Positions 1-7,558 of a stretch of DNA of 20,000 nucleotides are shown piece by piece; positions within the stretch are counted from its first letter, which is position 1, and each line of letters opens with the position of its first letter. The notes under the pieces are model-generated. The model was not told the DNA's origin. It did no database searches and was given only the letters and a program-made list of their open reading frames with translations. Location: IMG/VR virus record IMGVR_UViG_3300020685_000001, one strand, 5' to 3'. The stretch comes from an uncultured virus (IMG/VR IMGVR_UViG_3300020685_000001) (taxonomy: Duplodnaviria; Heunggongvirae; Uroviricota; Caudoviricetes). A program made the translations under genes and the position numbers.

Positions 1-649
1 ATGCACCACGGTTTTGAAAGGCGGAGATAAACGGCTGCCAGTAAGCAGTATTAGTAGGTAAATTACCTGTAGTATTAGCAGTTGCAATATATAGGTTTGC
101 GCCATAGGCTACGATATTATTAGGTACATATGCAGTAGCGGAGTTATATACACCACTAGCAGCAATACCAGAAACAAATGGGGACCAATAAGTAGCATTT
201 GTTGGATCATGGCCGGTTGTTGTTTGGATTGCAATATAGGCAGATGGGCCATACGTTACAACGTCATCCGGTTGATAGGCCGTAGTATTGCTATAAACCC
301 CATTATATTGAATACCAGTTACAAACGTAGACCAAATAGCAGGGTATAAGTCAGGTTCTTTATTAATATTATCCGATAAAGAAACGTAAACTACAGCGCC
401 ATAAGCAACAGCATCGCCAATGTGGTATTGAACAGCAGGATCCCATACACCAACGAAGTTAACGCCCTTTACCATTAATGCCCAGTAGGCAGTGTCTGTA
501 GGTAGGTTACCAATAGTTTTTACAACATTAGTGTATACGTATACGTTACCACCATATTTAACAACGTCATTAAGTTCATATTGAGTTGTAATTACATAGT
601 CGCCGGCCCAATAGAACCGTAGTTTGCCTAAGTCAAGAATTGTTGTCAT
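1..649 (-). CDS. Tail fibre / receptor-binding protein with tandem CBM5/12 (ChtBD3)-like repeats; partial, continues beyond the left window edge
   Basis: Not in the ORF track. Manual translation from ATG 649 (ATGA overlap with the upstream stop) gives MTTILDLGKLRFYWAGDYVITTQYELNDVVKYGGNVY..., open to base 1. Four complete ~50-aa repeats of pattern G-x-[YW]-x5-Y-x4-[VA]V-x-YG-x3-Y...P...W. Confidence 0.8.
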   Translation of the reverse strand, partial: MTTILDLGKLRFYWAGDYVITTQYELNDVVKYGGNVYVYTNVVKTIGNLPTDTAYWALMVKGVNFVGVWDPAVQYHIGDAVAYGAVVYVSLSDNINKEPDLYPAIWSTFVTGIQYNGVYSNTTAYQPDDVVTYGPSAYIAIQTTTGHDPTNATYWSPFVSGIAASGVYNSATAYVPNNIVAYGANLYIATANTTGNLPTNTAYWQPFISAFQNRGA

Positions 650-891
650 ACCATCACCATTAGTAAATGTCCATCATCACCCCACTGGAACTGATATGTA
701 TCAGTTGACCAGATCCAAGCTTGATACTCGTTTGGGCCTGTAATATAAGTCGGATCAGGTATAGATACTACACCATCTCCATTTTTTATGGTATCAATAT
801 CTAATTGACCCGTTGCATTAATTAGCCTAAAACCGTAAAAAGTTTTATTTTTTAAATCCGTACCTAAATAGAACCCGCCATCTGCTGACAT
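646..891 (-). CDS. Hypothetical virion-associated protein (81 aa)
   Basis: ORF track; tightly packed between neighbours; aromatic-rich C-terminus (YQFQWGDDGHLLMV). Confidence 0.7.
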   Translation of the reverse strand: MSADGGFYLGTDLKNKTFYGFRLINATGQLDIDTIKNGDGVVSIPDPTYITGPNEYQAWIWSTDTYQFQWGDDGHLLMVMV

Positions 892-892
892 T

Positions 893-1222
893 TTATAGTC
901 CTTCCAGAGCTGAAACGATTATATCAAAACCGTTAGTAATTCCACTAGTATACGTGGATGCAGTTAATGTGTCACCACCTAAAAGTACTAATTTATTGCC
1001 TGGAAGCAGTGCTTCTGCGGCCCCACCAGCAACATAATAATTAGATACCACAGCCGTTGTTGTTCCGCCTCGAACTAAATTAATAGTTATAGGTAAATTT
1101 GTATAGTAAGTATTGGCTGCATTTAAACCAATAATAACGCAATTACTACCTCCAGGGGCGGTAAAAATAGTCTGGGGTGTCGTGCCTAGACCTTGAGTTT
1201 GTATGCTGGTAAATGTTGCCAT
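893..1222 (-). CDS. Small beta-rich virion/tail-associated protein (109 aa)
   Basis: Start re-called to ATG 1222 (MATFTSIQ...), 1 nt after the upstream stop. IIGLNAAN...NKLVL..GDTL...DIIVS pattern resembles a common phage tail-region family. Confidence 0.7.
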   Translation of the reverse strand: MATFTSIQTQGLGTTPQTIFTAPGGSNCVIIGLNAANTYYTNLPITINLVRGGTTTAVVSNYYVAGGAAEALLPGNKLVLLGGDTLTASTYTSGITNGFDIIVSALEGL

Positions 1223-1223
1223 A

Positions 1224-1610
1224 TTAGCCGCCCAATGCAATTGCGTAAATTAAAGCTGACCCTGCTGGGTCGTACACCAAAGACCCATCTACATTATTAT
1301 ATACTGCTCTTTCAGCGGGTAAGTCACAAAATATATCTTTTGGTCCAGTAGCAAAGTTAACTAATGCATTACTGTTTGAACTTTTAAATACTGTATCTCT
1401 GTTCAACACTAAACCAGTACTATCTAATGTACCAGCACCTGTTTCCCAAGTATTATTAGTAGAATCAGAAATTGTATAGAAAGTAGTATTGCCACCGCCG
1501 ATAGCGGCGGTAAAAGTGGTAAACCCGGGGAATGCCCCCCCCAAAGTCATAGCACCTGTACCGCCTGTGCTAGTGGTTTCTCGGACTCTATCTGAGACTA
1601 CAAAGGTCAT
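1224..1610 (-). CDS. Tail-fibre attachment/adaptor-type protein (DRVRETT N-terminal domain, 128 aa)
   Basis: MTFVVSDRVRETTSTGGTG...WETGAGT...LNRDTV.KSSN...VNF..G.KDIFCD.PA resembles a widespread phage fibre N-terminus; ends in AIALGG. Confidence 0.7.
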   Translation of the reverse strand: MTFVVSDRVRETTSTGGTGAMTLGGAFPGFTTFTAAIGGGNTTFYTISDSTNNTWETGAGTLDSTGLVLNRDTVFKSSNSNALVNFATGPKDIFCDLPAERAVYNNVDGSLVYDPAGSALIYAIALGG

Positions 1611-1613
1611 CTA

Positions 1614-2192
1614 TTAACCCGCTGCAGACAATGTATAGGTTACGTTAATAGTATCGCCAGCAGTAACTGTTTTAGAACCAGCAGTAAAGTCACCAGCACT
1701 AAATAACACGCCTGTTGTACTATCAATAGTAGAAGAACCACCAATATTAATAAATGCACCTGCAACAGTACCAGAACCAGTCATTGTAAAAATTACTGCG
1801 GCGCTTGTAGATAAAACAGCTGGATTAGCATTAGTAGCAGCGCTAAATGTTGGGGTTGGGCGGGTTCCAGAATAAGTAGGGGCATTAGCACCGCCAACTT
1901 CTAACCAAGTAGTATGGCTAGATTGCGTATCTGTGTAGGCAGGGGTACCTGTCCCCATTAAACCCATAACAATTGCGCCACCACCAGTGTTAGCAAAGTA
2001 TGAATTTAAAAGGCTTTGGCGCCCTACGTTGGTGGTCAAATTATTAATGCTATCAGACCATTTTAAGTTGCCTTGGGCATCACGGCATTCGGCTGTATAA
2101 ACACCTTCTAGGCCAAACATTTCGGTGGATCCAGCGCCACGGGCTACAGTCGCTTCTACGCTGTCTCCAAATAACGATTTTTCATTGCTCAT
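1614..2192 (-). CDS. Putative tail/virion structural protein (192 aa)
   Basis: Thr/Gly/Ala-rich; G.LKW....NL.TN.G and C-terminal K.V.AGDT.NVTY motifs typical of phage tail-region proteins; position in the structural operon. Confidence 0.7.
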   Translation of the reverse strand: MSNEKSLFGDSVEATVARGAGSTEMFGLEGVYTAECRDAQGNLKWSDSINNLTTNVGRQSLLNSYFANTGGGAIVMGLMGTGTPAYTDTQSSHTTWLEVGGANAPTYSGTRPTPTFSAATNANPAVLSTSAAVIFTMTGSGTVAGAFINIGGSSTIDSTTGVLFSAGDFTAGSKTVTAGDTINVTYTLSAAG

Positions 2193-2201
2193 AAAAGTTC
2201 C

Positions 2202-2639
2202 TTAACTAATGCTTAAAATGGCGGTATTTGAAGTCGCCGTTGGAAATGTAATTGTAAATGTATTTAACCCATTTTGAGTCTTAGGACCGCCAAAATCTAA
2301 GACCGCTACAGCCGCATTTGTAGTGCTATTGTATATTAAAGCCCCTGCTGCAGTAAAGACTGCTGGGTTCCAAGTTACATTAGCAAATGAAATAAAAGCC
2401 GTATTACTAGCATTGTCAGCTATTGGGGGTTGAGAAATAGTCAGAACTTTACCCCCAGCTGTATACCCAGTACCTGTAATCTCCCCTGTTGTTGTATAGG
2501 TTAGGGTAGATGCGTTTAGGTTTGCCAGGCTTGTATATAGGGCAATCTTATATGTATATGGGGTACCAATAGCAAAGTTTTCTAACCCGCTAAGGCAGTT
2601 TTGCTTAAATACCGTTGTCTGGGTCTGTGCAATAGACAT
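2202..2639 (-). CDS. Putative tail/virion structural protein (145 aa)
   Basis: YKIALYT...EITGTGYTAGGK.L...GALIYN...AVAVLDFG..K...FTI.FP motif of a common phage structural family. Confidence 0.75.
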   Translation of the reverse strand: MSIAQTQTTVFKQNCLSGLENFAIGTPYTYKIALYTSLANLNASTLTYTTTGEITGTGYTAGGKVLTISQPPIADNASNTAFISFANVTWNPAVFTAAGALIYNSTTNAAVAVLDFGGPKTQNGLNTFTITFPTATSNTAILSIS

Positions 2640-3607
2640 TATAGAGTGTTGTAATTAAGTTTAGTTTGGCCACCACGGTAAGCATCGCCACGCTCCAGGC
2701 CATCGCCCAAACGTTTCAATTGACCCATAGCTTCTTGGTATTTGGCAGTATATTGGGCAATAATATCTTGTTCACCCTTCATAAATGTATATGCTTCTAC
2801 TAGTGTTCCGTATAACAGAACAGGGCTATAATTATCGCCAAGCCAGCTAGTACCAGTATCGTTATTTACACCTTCTACTGTAATATAGAAATTAGTTGTA
2901 GAAGTACCGCCAAGGCTAGTAGCAGGAGCGCTTAATTGGTCTCCTACTTGATATAAAGACCCACCATCTACAAGAGTAAACGCTGTAATAGCATTACCGC
3001 TAATAGTAATATCTGCAACTGCACCGGTACCATTACCATTTGTAAGAGATACGTTGTAATAGATACCATTTACATACCCACTACCTGCTTGGGTTACGTT
3101 ATAGGCAGTAATAATACCTTTAACGATTGAAGGCGGGTAGAAGAAATAATGCAGTTCAGCTTGGTAGTTTTGGTCTGGAGTTGGTCCTAAAAGGAAAGAC
3201 AACTCATTTGGATAGCTAAGCTGTGGACCAAACAATGCATAGTACTTAGGAGTACCGGTATATGACTGTGTTGGGTATGACTCACGAATAAAGTTAACAT
3301 CTTTATTTAGCAAATATGTGTAGTTACCAGTAGCATCTACAACTGCTAAAGAATAGCTAGATAAAAAGTCTGATGGGCAAGATAAATACGGATTAGAAAT
3401 AGTAAGTGTGCCCGTTACGTTTCTACGCAAAGAAGGTATCTGAACGGTGTTATAAATCCGCTCTTCAGCCTGCTGAATAAAGGTGTTAATCTGGGTTGAC
3501 CCCAACGAATTAATAGTACTTTGGTTATCGTCACCAGTAAAAACCGTAGTCGGAAAATCATTCTCCGTATAGGTCTTAATAGTGTTGAATAAAGTTGTGT
3601 AATCCAT
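2639..3607 (-). CDS. Putative head-tail adaptor/connector protein with an inserted beta-rich domain (322 aa)
   Basis: FIQQAEERIYN...LLNKDVNFIRE.YP...G.PKYYA.F...LGPTPD..Y..ELHYF.YP...WLGDN...LLYG.LVEAY.FMKGE pattern of phage adaptor-like proteins; TAATG overlap with the next gene. Confidence 0.7.
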   Translation of the reverse strand: MDYTTLFNTIKTYTENDFPTTVFTGDDNQSTINSLGSTQINTFIQQAEERIYNTVQIPSLRRNVTGTLTISNPYLSCPSDFLSSYSLAVVDATGNYTYLLNKDVNFIRESYPTQSYTGTPKYYALFGPQLSYPNELSFLLGPTPDQNYQAELHYFFYPPSIVKGIITAYNVTQAGSGYVNGIYYNVSLTNGNGTGAVADITISGNAITAFTLVDGGSLYQVGDQLSAPATSLGGTSTTNFYITVEGVNNDTGTSWLGDNYSPVLLYGTLVEAYTFMKGEQDIIAQYTAKYQEAMGQLKRLGDGLERGDAYRGGQTKLNYNTL

Positions 3608-3622
3608 TAGGGTATACCTTTA

Positions 3623-3865
3623 TTAAGCCATCGGCCCACGTGAAGTGAAGCCTTTAGTAGCAGCGCCAGATCCACGTTGTTTAACGCCATCAGTTTTAAC
3701 TGTAGCACGGCCAGTTTTGCTGACATTACCAACAGCAATATTTGACTTATTAATAAACTCAACACCAGTTTCTGTAGACATAGCAGGTAGTTCATTACTA
3801 ACAGCTTTGCCACTCATTGTATGAGGTTTAGCATATACTTCAGCAGGTTTATTGTTAATAGCCAT
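3623..3865 (-). CDS. Small basic protein (80 aa), C-terminal RGSGAATKG motif
   Basis: ORF track; starts 2 nt after the upstream stop; C-terminus resembles the RGxGxAxKG motif of neighbours. Confidence 0.75.
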   Translation of the reverse strand: MAINNKPAEVYAKPHTMSGKAVSNELPAMSTETGVEFINKSNIAVGNVSKTGRATVKTDGVKQRGSGAATKGFTSRGPMA

Positions 3866-3867
3866 GA

Positions 3868-4065
3868 TTAGCGTCCTTTACCTTTGAGGTTAACTGAACC
3901 AAACTGGTTAGCTAACTTAGCACGGTTACGACCATCGGCCTTCATTTCTTCATTAGTTTTACCAAGGCTTTTATTTGCCTTATCAATTTTTGCATTAGGG
4001 CCTGAGTCACCTAGGTTTTTACCTTTGGTTGCACCCTTGCTAATAACACCATCAAATTTTGCCAT
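3868..4065 (-). CDS. Small Lys-rich protein (65 aa)
   Basis: AGGAG SD upstream; DGVISKGATKGK motif related to neighbours. Confidence 0.75.
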   Translation of the reverse strand: MAKFDGVISKGATKGKNLGDSGPNAKIDKANKSLGKTNEEMKADGRNRAKLANQFGSVNLKGKGR

Positions 4066-4074
4066 GTCCTACTC

Positions 4075-4491
4075 CTAATTAATTGTTACTTGGCCTACAT
4101 TACCTACAGCTCTTAAATAATTTTGAGTTTCCCCAAAATCGTACTTCATTCCTACGGGATTCCAAGACCACTGAAACACTCGGCTACCACCACTAGGAGT
4201 ACCATTTGCTAGTACGCTAGTACCCCCATTTACATTTACATCCAAACCATTGTTGCCTGATTGGTAGTAGCTATTATCTCGGCGTGGCTCCCGTACAGCT
4301 TGTGGGTCATTGACCGGATACATCCCTAATTGTAACTGAGGTTGATCCATTTCCCAACATTCTGGGCATACTTTAATACTAACATTCTTGGTCTTAATAG
4401 TCAGCTTTTTGAGTGTAACTAACTTATAACGAAACCCGCAACGGTCACATTCAGCAATTGCGAACCGGCCGGATGCAAACTGAGTTGTCAT
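4075..4491 (-). CDS. Zn-ribbon (CxxC...CxxC) phage protein (138 aa)
   Basis: CDRC and CPEC pairs followed by DQPQLQLG...DPQAVREPR; TAATG overlap with the upstream gene. Confidence 0.75.
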   Translation of the reverse strand: MTTQFASGRFAIAECDRCGFRYKLVTLKKLTIKTKNVSIKVCPECWEMDQPQLQLGMYPVNDPQAVREPRRDNSYYQSGNNGLDVNVNGGTSVLANGTPSGGSRVFQWSWNPVGMKYDFGETQNYLRAVGNVGQVTIN

Positions 4492-5237
4492 TATTTACTA
4501 CCTAAGAACGTTTGACGAGGGATAAACCTAATCGGTGCCTTTTCTCTATCTTCTTGCGCTGCTAAGTCAAACTGCTCTTCATAATCTGCTTTAAGTCCAG
4601 CAATACGCTGTAAGTCAACACCTTGTAGTTTAATAGACAAATAGTAAGCCAGTCCAGCCACCATGCAGTTTAAGAAACGGAAAGGTATATCTTGGGTAGT
4701 AACGCCCTGTCCAGCATCCTGAATACGGCGCATACGCCAGTAAACGAAGTTATAGTAAGGGTTACCTACCGTACCTTGGTCTGGAGTGGGCCAAACAGTG
4801 ATTTGAGGGTGCCTATCAGGGTTATTACCAGTAGGGTATAAGGCGCCACTTTGACGGTTAATCCATACTTGAATAGGGCGCCCTTGGCTTAGCTTATTAG
4901 GGATTGTAGAGTAGGTAGATACACTGATGCGACTGATGGTGATATCAGTTTGGTTGTTAGTTTGACCAGAATTAGTTCTAATTTGGTGTTCAAGTAAGTC
5001 AATTGTGTCATCAGGTAAGTCATAAGTATTTACACCTTGAATCAAAGGAATAACGCCCTGTTCAATAGTCCACAGGTTGATACCCCGGTTAGCCCACTCA
5101 ATAGTTAATAAGTTTAAAGAACGACGTGCAGTACGCAAATCATATCCAGTGCGCAGCTCTTTTCCGCAACGCTCAAACGCCTCTTCTACGAGGTCATTTA
5201 GGTCTAGATTAAACGATGAGGTACCTGTTGTAGTCAT
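4491..5237 (-). CDS. Putative head-completion/adaptor protein (248 aa)
   Basis: F.LD...EEAFERCG...GYDLRTARRSLNLL..EWANRG.NLW...PNK...GRP...WP.PD...PFRF..CM.AGLAYY motif set of a conserved phage adaptor-like family; position downstream of the head genes. Confidence 0.75.
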   Translation of the reverse strand: MTTTGTSSFNLDLNDLVEEAFERCGKELRTGYDLRTARRSLNLLTIEWANRGINLWTIEQGVIPLIQGVNTYDLPDDTIDLLEHQIRTNSGQTNNQTDITISRISVSTYSTIPNKLSQGRPIQVWINRQSGALYPTGNNPDRHPQITVWPTPDQGTVGNPYYNFVYWRMRRIQDAGQGVTTQDIPFRFLNCMVAGLAYYLSIKLQGVDLQRIAGLKADYEEQFDLAAQEDREKAPIRFIPRQTFLGSK

Positions 5238-5443
5238 TATTTAGAGATTCCATATCCACGTTTAGCAAGTTTACCTGCTACTTTACCGCCTTTTTTCATA
5301 GCCTGCGGGGAAACCATAGGAGTATCTCCGGCTACTGGCGCTGCTGTAGAAGGCGAAGCACTTAGCTTTGGGGTAGGTACTGTTTGGACTGCCTGCATAG
5401 CTGCTGTACGGTCACTTTTTTTACGACTAGCTAGTAATGGCAT
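5237..5443 (-). CDS. Small basic protein with C-terminal MKKGGKV motif (68 aa)
   Basis: ORF track; TAATG overlaps at both ends. Confidence 0.75.
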   Translation of the reverse strand: MPLLASRKKSDRTAAMQAVQTVPTPKLSASPSTAAPVAGDTPMVSPQAMKKGGKVAGKLAKRGYGISK

Positions 5444-5619
5444 TATTTAAATCCTTTAAGGGTTTCCGCAAGCCTAGCCCGCTTACCCATCTTGCCGGGT
5501 TTCTTTGCAGCTGCAGCTAGTTTGCTTGACGGAATCTTTTTATCAGCAGCAACACCCAACGCCTTTTTCAAGGAGCCAGGTTTTTTAATTGCATCTTTAA
5601 TCCAATTTTTAGTAGCCAT
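5443..5619 (-). CDS. Small very basic protein (58 aa), missed by the ORF track
   Basis: Manual translation MATKNWIKDAIKKPGSLKKALGVAADKKIPSSKLAAAAKKPGKMGKRARLAETLKGFK; fills the gap exactly, with TAATG overlaps at both ends. Confidence 0.85.
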   Translation of the reverse strand: MATKNWIKDAIKKPGSLKKALGVAADKKIPSSKLAAAAKKPGKMGKRARLAETLKGFK

Positions 5620-5843
5620 TATTTTTTCGCAGTCTTAGCTGATTTAATAAAGTCCGCTTTAGTAGGCGCCCCTTTAGCCCCAGGCTTACGCATTTTTTCA
5701 CCAGAACCAGCTGCAATATGAGCTTGCTTTTTATGAATATTTTCGTATAGCCCAACTTTACCGCCTTTTGCAAGGACGGCGGATTCGGAACCTTTTGGAA
5801 CCTTTTTAGGACTAATAGCGCCCATTCCACGGGAAGCCTTCAT
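5619..5843 (-). CDS. Small basic protein with LAKGGKV motif (74 aa)
   Basis: ORF track; TAATG overlaps; Lys/Gly/Ala-rich. Confidence 0.8.
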   Translation of the reverse strand: MKASRGMGAISPKKVPKGSESAVLAKGGKVGLYENIHKKQAHIAAGSGEKMRKPGAKGAPTKADFIKSAKTAKK

Positions 5844-6037
5844 TACTTCTTAGCCTTCATAGCGCCACCAGTACAAAACGACTTGATATGGTCGTCATGT
5901 TTTTTAAAGCTAGCAGCATGTTCGCCATATACTGTAGCATGAGGCTTATAACCAGATGCGTGCATAGCTACAGACTCGGCTAATGTTTTATGGATAATTG
6001 GCTCTACGCCAGCTTCGATTGGACCTGTCTTTTTCAT
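5843..6037 (-). CDS. Small His-rich protein with C-terminal FCTGG variant motif (64 aa)
   Basis: ORF track; ATGA overlap upstream and TAATG overlap downstream. Confidence 0.75.
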   Translation of the reverse strand: MKKTGPIEAGVEPIIHKTLAESVAMHASGYKPHATVYGEHAASFKKHDDHIKSFCTGGAMKAKK

Positions 6038-6297
6038 ACTATTCTTCCTTTAGTTAAACCTTTTTGTGCAATACCGCAACCACGTACTTTACCGCCTTTT
6101 TTCAAACCTAGTACACCACGGACTTTTTCAACACCAGTTTTAATAGACTCTTTAAACTTAGTATCTTTATCTTCCATAGCTTTTTGAGCTGATTGTTGTT
6201 GCTTTTCGTAATTAGCATAACCCTTTTGATTTTTTTGGGTTTCAGTATCATTAATAATGTTACCGTTTTCGTCTTGTTGTAGTGGTTTAGTAGCCAT
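6034..6297 (-). CDS. Small basic protein with C-terminal LKKGGKVRGCGIAQKGLTKGR motif (87 aa)
   Basis: ORF track; C-terminus paralogous to that of the adjacent upstream gene. Confidence 0.8.
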   Translation of the reverse strand: MATKPLQQDENGNIINDTETQKNQKGYANYEKQQQSAQKAMEDKDTKFKESIKTGVEKVRGVLGLKKGGKVRGCGIAQKGLTKGRIV

Positions 6298-6732
6298 TTA
6301 GCACATCCGTCCTTTAGTTTTACCCTTTTGGGCGATACCATCCCCACGTACTTTACCGCCCTTTTTAAGAGTAATCTTAGTACCTTTACCACCTTTATGT
6401 TCTTGGGCATCATGTTCTTTAAATGCTTTTTTAATCATGGCAACGTCTTGCTTTTTGTCTTCTGCCATTTCTTTACGCATTTCCGCTTTAGATTCTTTTT
6501 CCATAGCTTTACCACCTTTTTTAAATAGCTTTGTATCACCGTGATCTGTTTTCTTTTTATTAATAGTCTGTAAATCTTCACGAATACCACCGCCTACACC
6601 GAACTTTTTACCTTTATCCGCAGCAACAAAATCTTTACCTACGGATTGTTTAATTCCGACTTTCTTAGCAAAAGCAGGGCTATGTGCCACGGCTTCCATT
6701 AAGTTATGCTGTTTCTTTGATGTGCTTGGCAT
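6298..6732 (-). CDS. Lys-rich protein with several KGG motifs (144 aa)
   Basis: Start re-called to ATG 6732 (MPSTSKKQHN), a TAATG overlap; ends LKKGGKVRGDGIAQKGKTKGRMC. Confidence 0.8.
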   Translation of the reverse strand: MPSTSKKQHNLMEAVAHSPAFAKKVGIKQSVGKDFVAADKGKKFGVGGGIREDLQTINKKKTDHGDTKLFKKGGKAMEKESKAEMRKEMAEDKKQDVAMIKKAFKEHDAQEHKGGKGTKITLKKGGKVRGDGIAQKGKTKGRMC

Positions 6733-6980
6733 TATTTGCTCCAAAAACCTTGAAACAGATTAGCCATAATAGCGCCAATAAGTGCTGCTGCACCGCCTAC
6801 GCCTAGTAATAGTCGCCAACCGCCATGAGCCTCAGCAAGCGTCTTTTGGATAGCTTGAATGGCTTCTTTGATTTCTTTCATCTCGTTAACCATCTTATCC
6901 ATATCCGCTTGCAGGTGTTCAATATCGTTAGCGTGAGTTGCTAGTTCCCTAGCAGTTGAAATTGGGTCTATATCATTCAT
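6732..6980 (-). CDS. Coiled-coil protein with one C-terminal transmembrane helix (XhlA/holin-accessory-like, 82 aa)
   Basis: Start re-called to ATG 6980 (TAATG overlap); heptad-like helix followed by hydrophobic GGWRLLLGVGGAAALIGAIMA. Confidence 0.65.
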   Translation of the reverse strand: MNDIDPISTARELATHANDIEHLQADMDKMVNEMKEIKEAIQAIQKTLAEAHGGWRLLLGVGGAAALIGAIMANLFQGFWSK

Positions 6981-7237
6981 TAGCATTTCCACCGCTTTAA
7001 ACTAGCAGCCTTCCTTGTAGGCTTGCCGTTTTCATCTTTCATCGGACCTGGCATTCCAGACATTCTTGCGCAGAACGACTTTTTGCGAGGACCCCCTTCG
7101 GGTTGTGGAGCTTTTAAATTGCTGCCAGTAGCCGCATTATACTTAGCACGACCTTTGGCAGTAAGCCCAGCGCCCTTGGATACAGGCAACTTTTCACCAC
7201 GACCAACTGCAAGCGAGACACCTTTTTTCTTAGCCAT
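6980..7237 (-). CDS. Small basic conserved phage protein (DUF6321-like, 85 aa)
   Basis: GLTAKGRAKYN..TGSNLKAP...RKKSFCARM.G...SLKRWKC pattern; DUF label from memory, unverified. Confidence 0.7.
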   Translation of the reverse strand: MAKKKGVSLAVGRGEKLPVSKGAGLTAKGRAKYNAATGSNLKAPQPEGGPRKKSFCARMSGMPGPMKDENGKPTRKAASLKRWKC

Positions 7238-7508
7238 AGAATACTGTAACCGTGGCGTTAGATAAAGTAGCGTAAATAGTAGTAGAAAATAATACGCCTT
7301 CTCCAGGTATCAGTACATTAAAGGGCTGCCCAGCTGCTGGTGTATTAATAACCATTTTGCTTGTACCACCAGAACCACCGTCTAGTAAAGTTACACTTCC
7401 TGCAGAAGCTCCAGGTGTTATAACTAAACCACGTACTCTAGTTCTAGCGCCATATACTGAACCACTAGAACTTAATGATGTTGATAATACATCAGTTTGC
7501 ATTGCCAT
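7230..7508 (-). CDS. Small beta-rich virion protein (92 aa)
   Basis: GGAG SD; RTRVRG...IPGEGVLF...YA.L....VTVFYG motif common downstream of such capsid genes. Confidence 0.75.
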   Translation of the reverse strand: MAMQTDVLSTSLSSSGSVYGARTRVRGLVITPGASAGSVTLLDGGSGGTSKMVINTPAAGQPFNVLIPGEGVLFSTTIYATLSNATVTVFYG

Positions 7509-7523
7509 AATTAATCTCCAATA

Positions 7524-7550
7524 AAGTTAAACAAGGGGGACAAGCCCCCC
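7524..7550 (-). terminator. Probable (leaky) intrinsic terminator
   Basis: Minus strand GGGGG-CUUGU-CCCCC followed by UUGUUUAACUUU, just after the stop of the 159-aa gene. Confidence 0.55.
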
Positions 7551-7558
7551 ATCAGAGA

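Noticed and set aside
3607..3813. 68-aa minus-strand ORF
   Set aside because: Alternative frame inside 3623-3865, which has the coupled start and the shared motif.
5609..6528. ORFs 5609-5830, 5990-6187, 6108-6413, 6328-6528
   Set aside because: Shadow or antisense frames of genes that already form a gap-free overlap chain.
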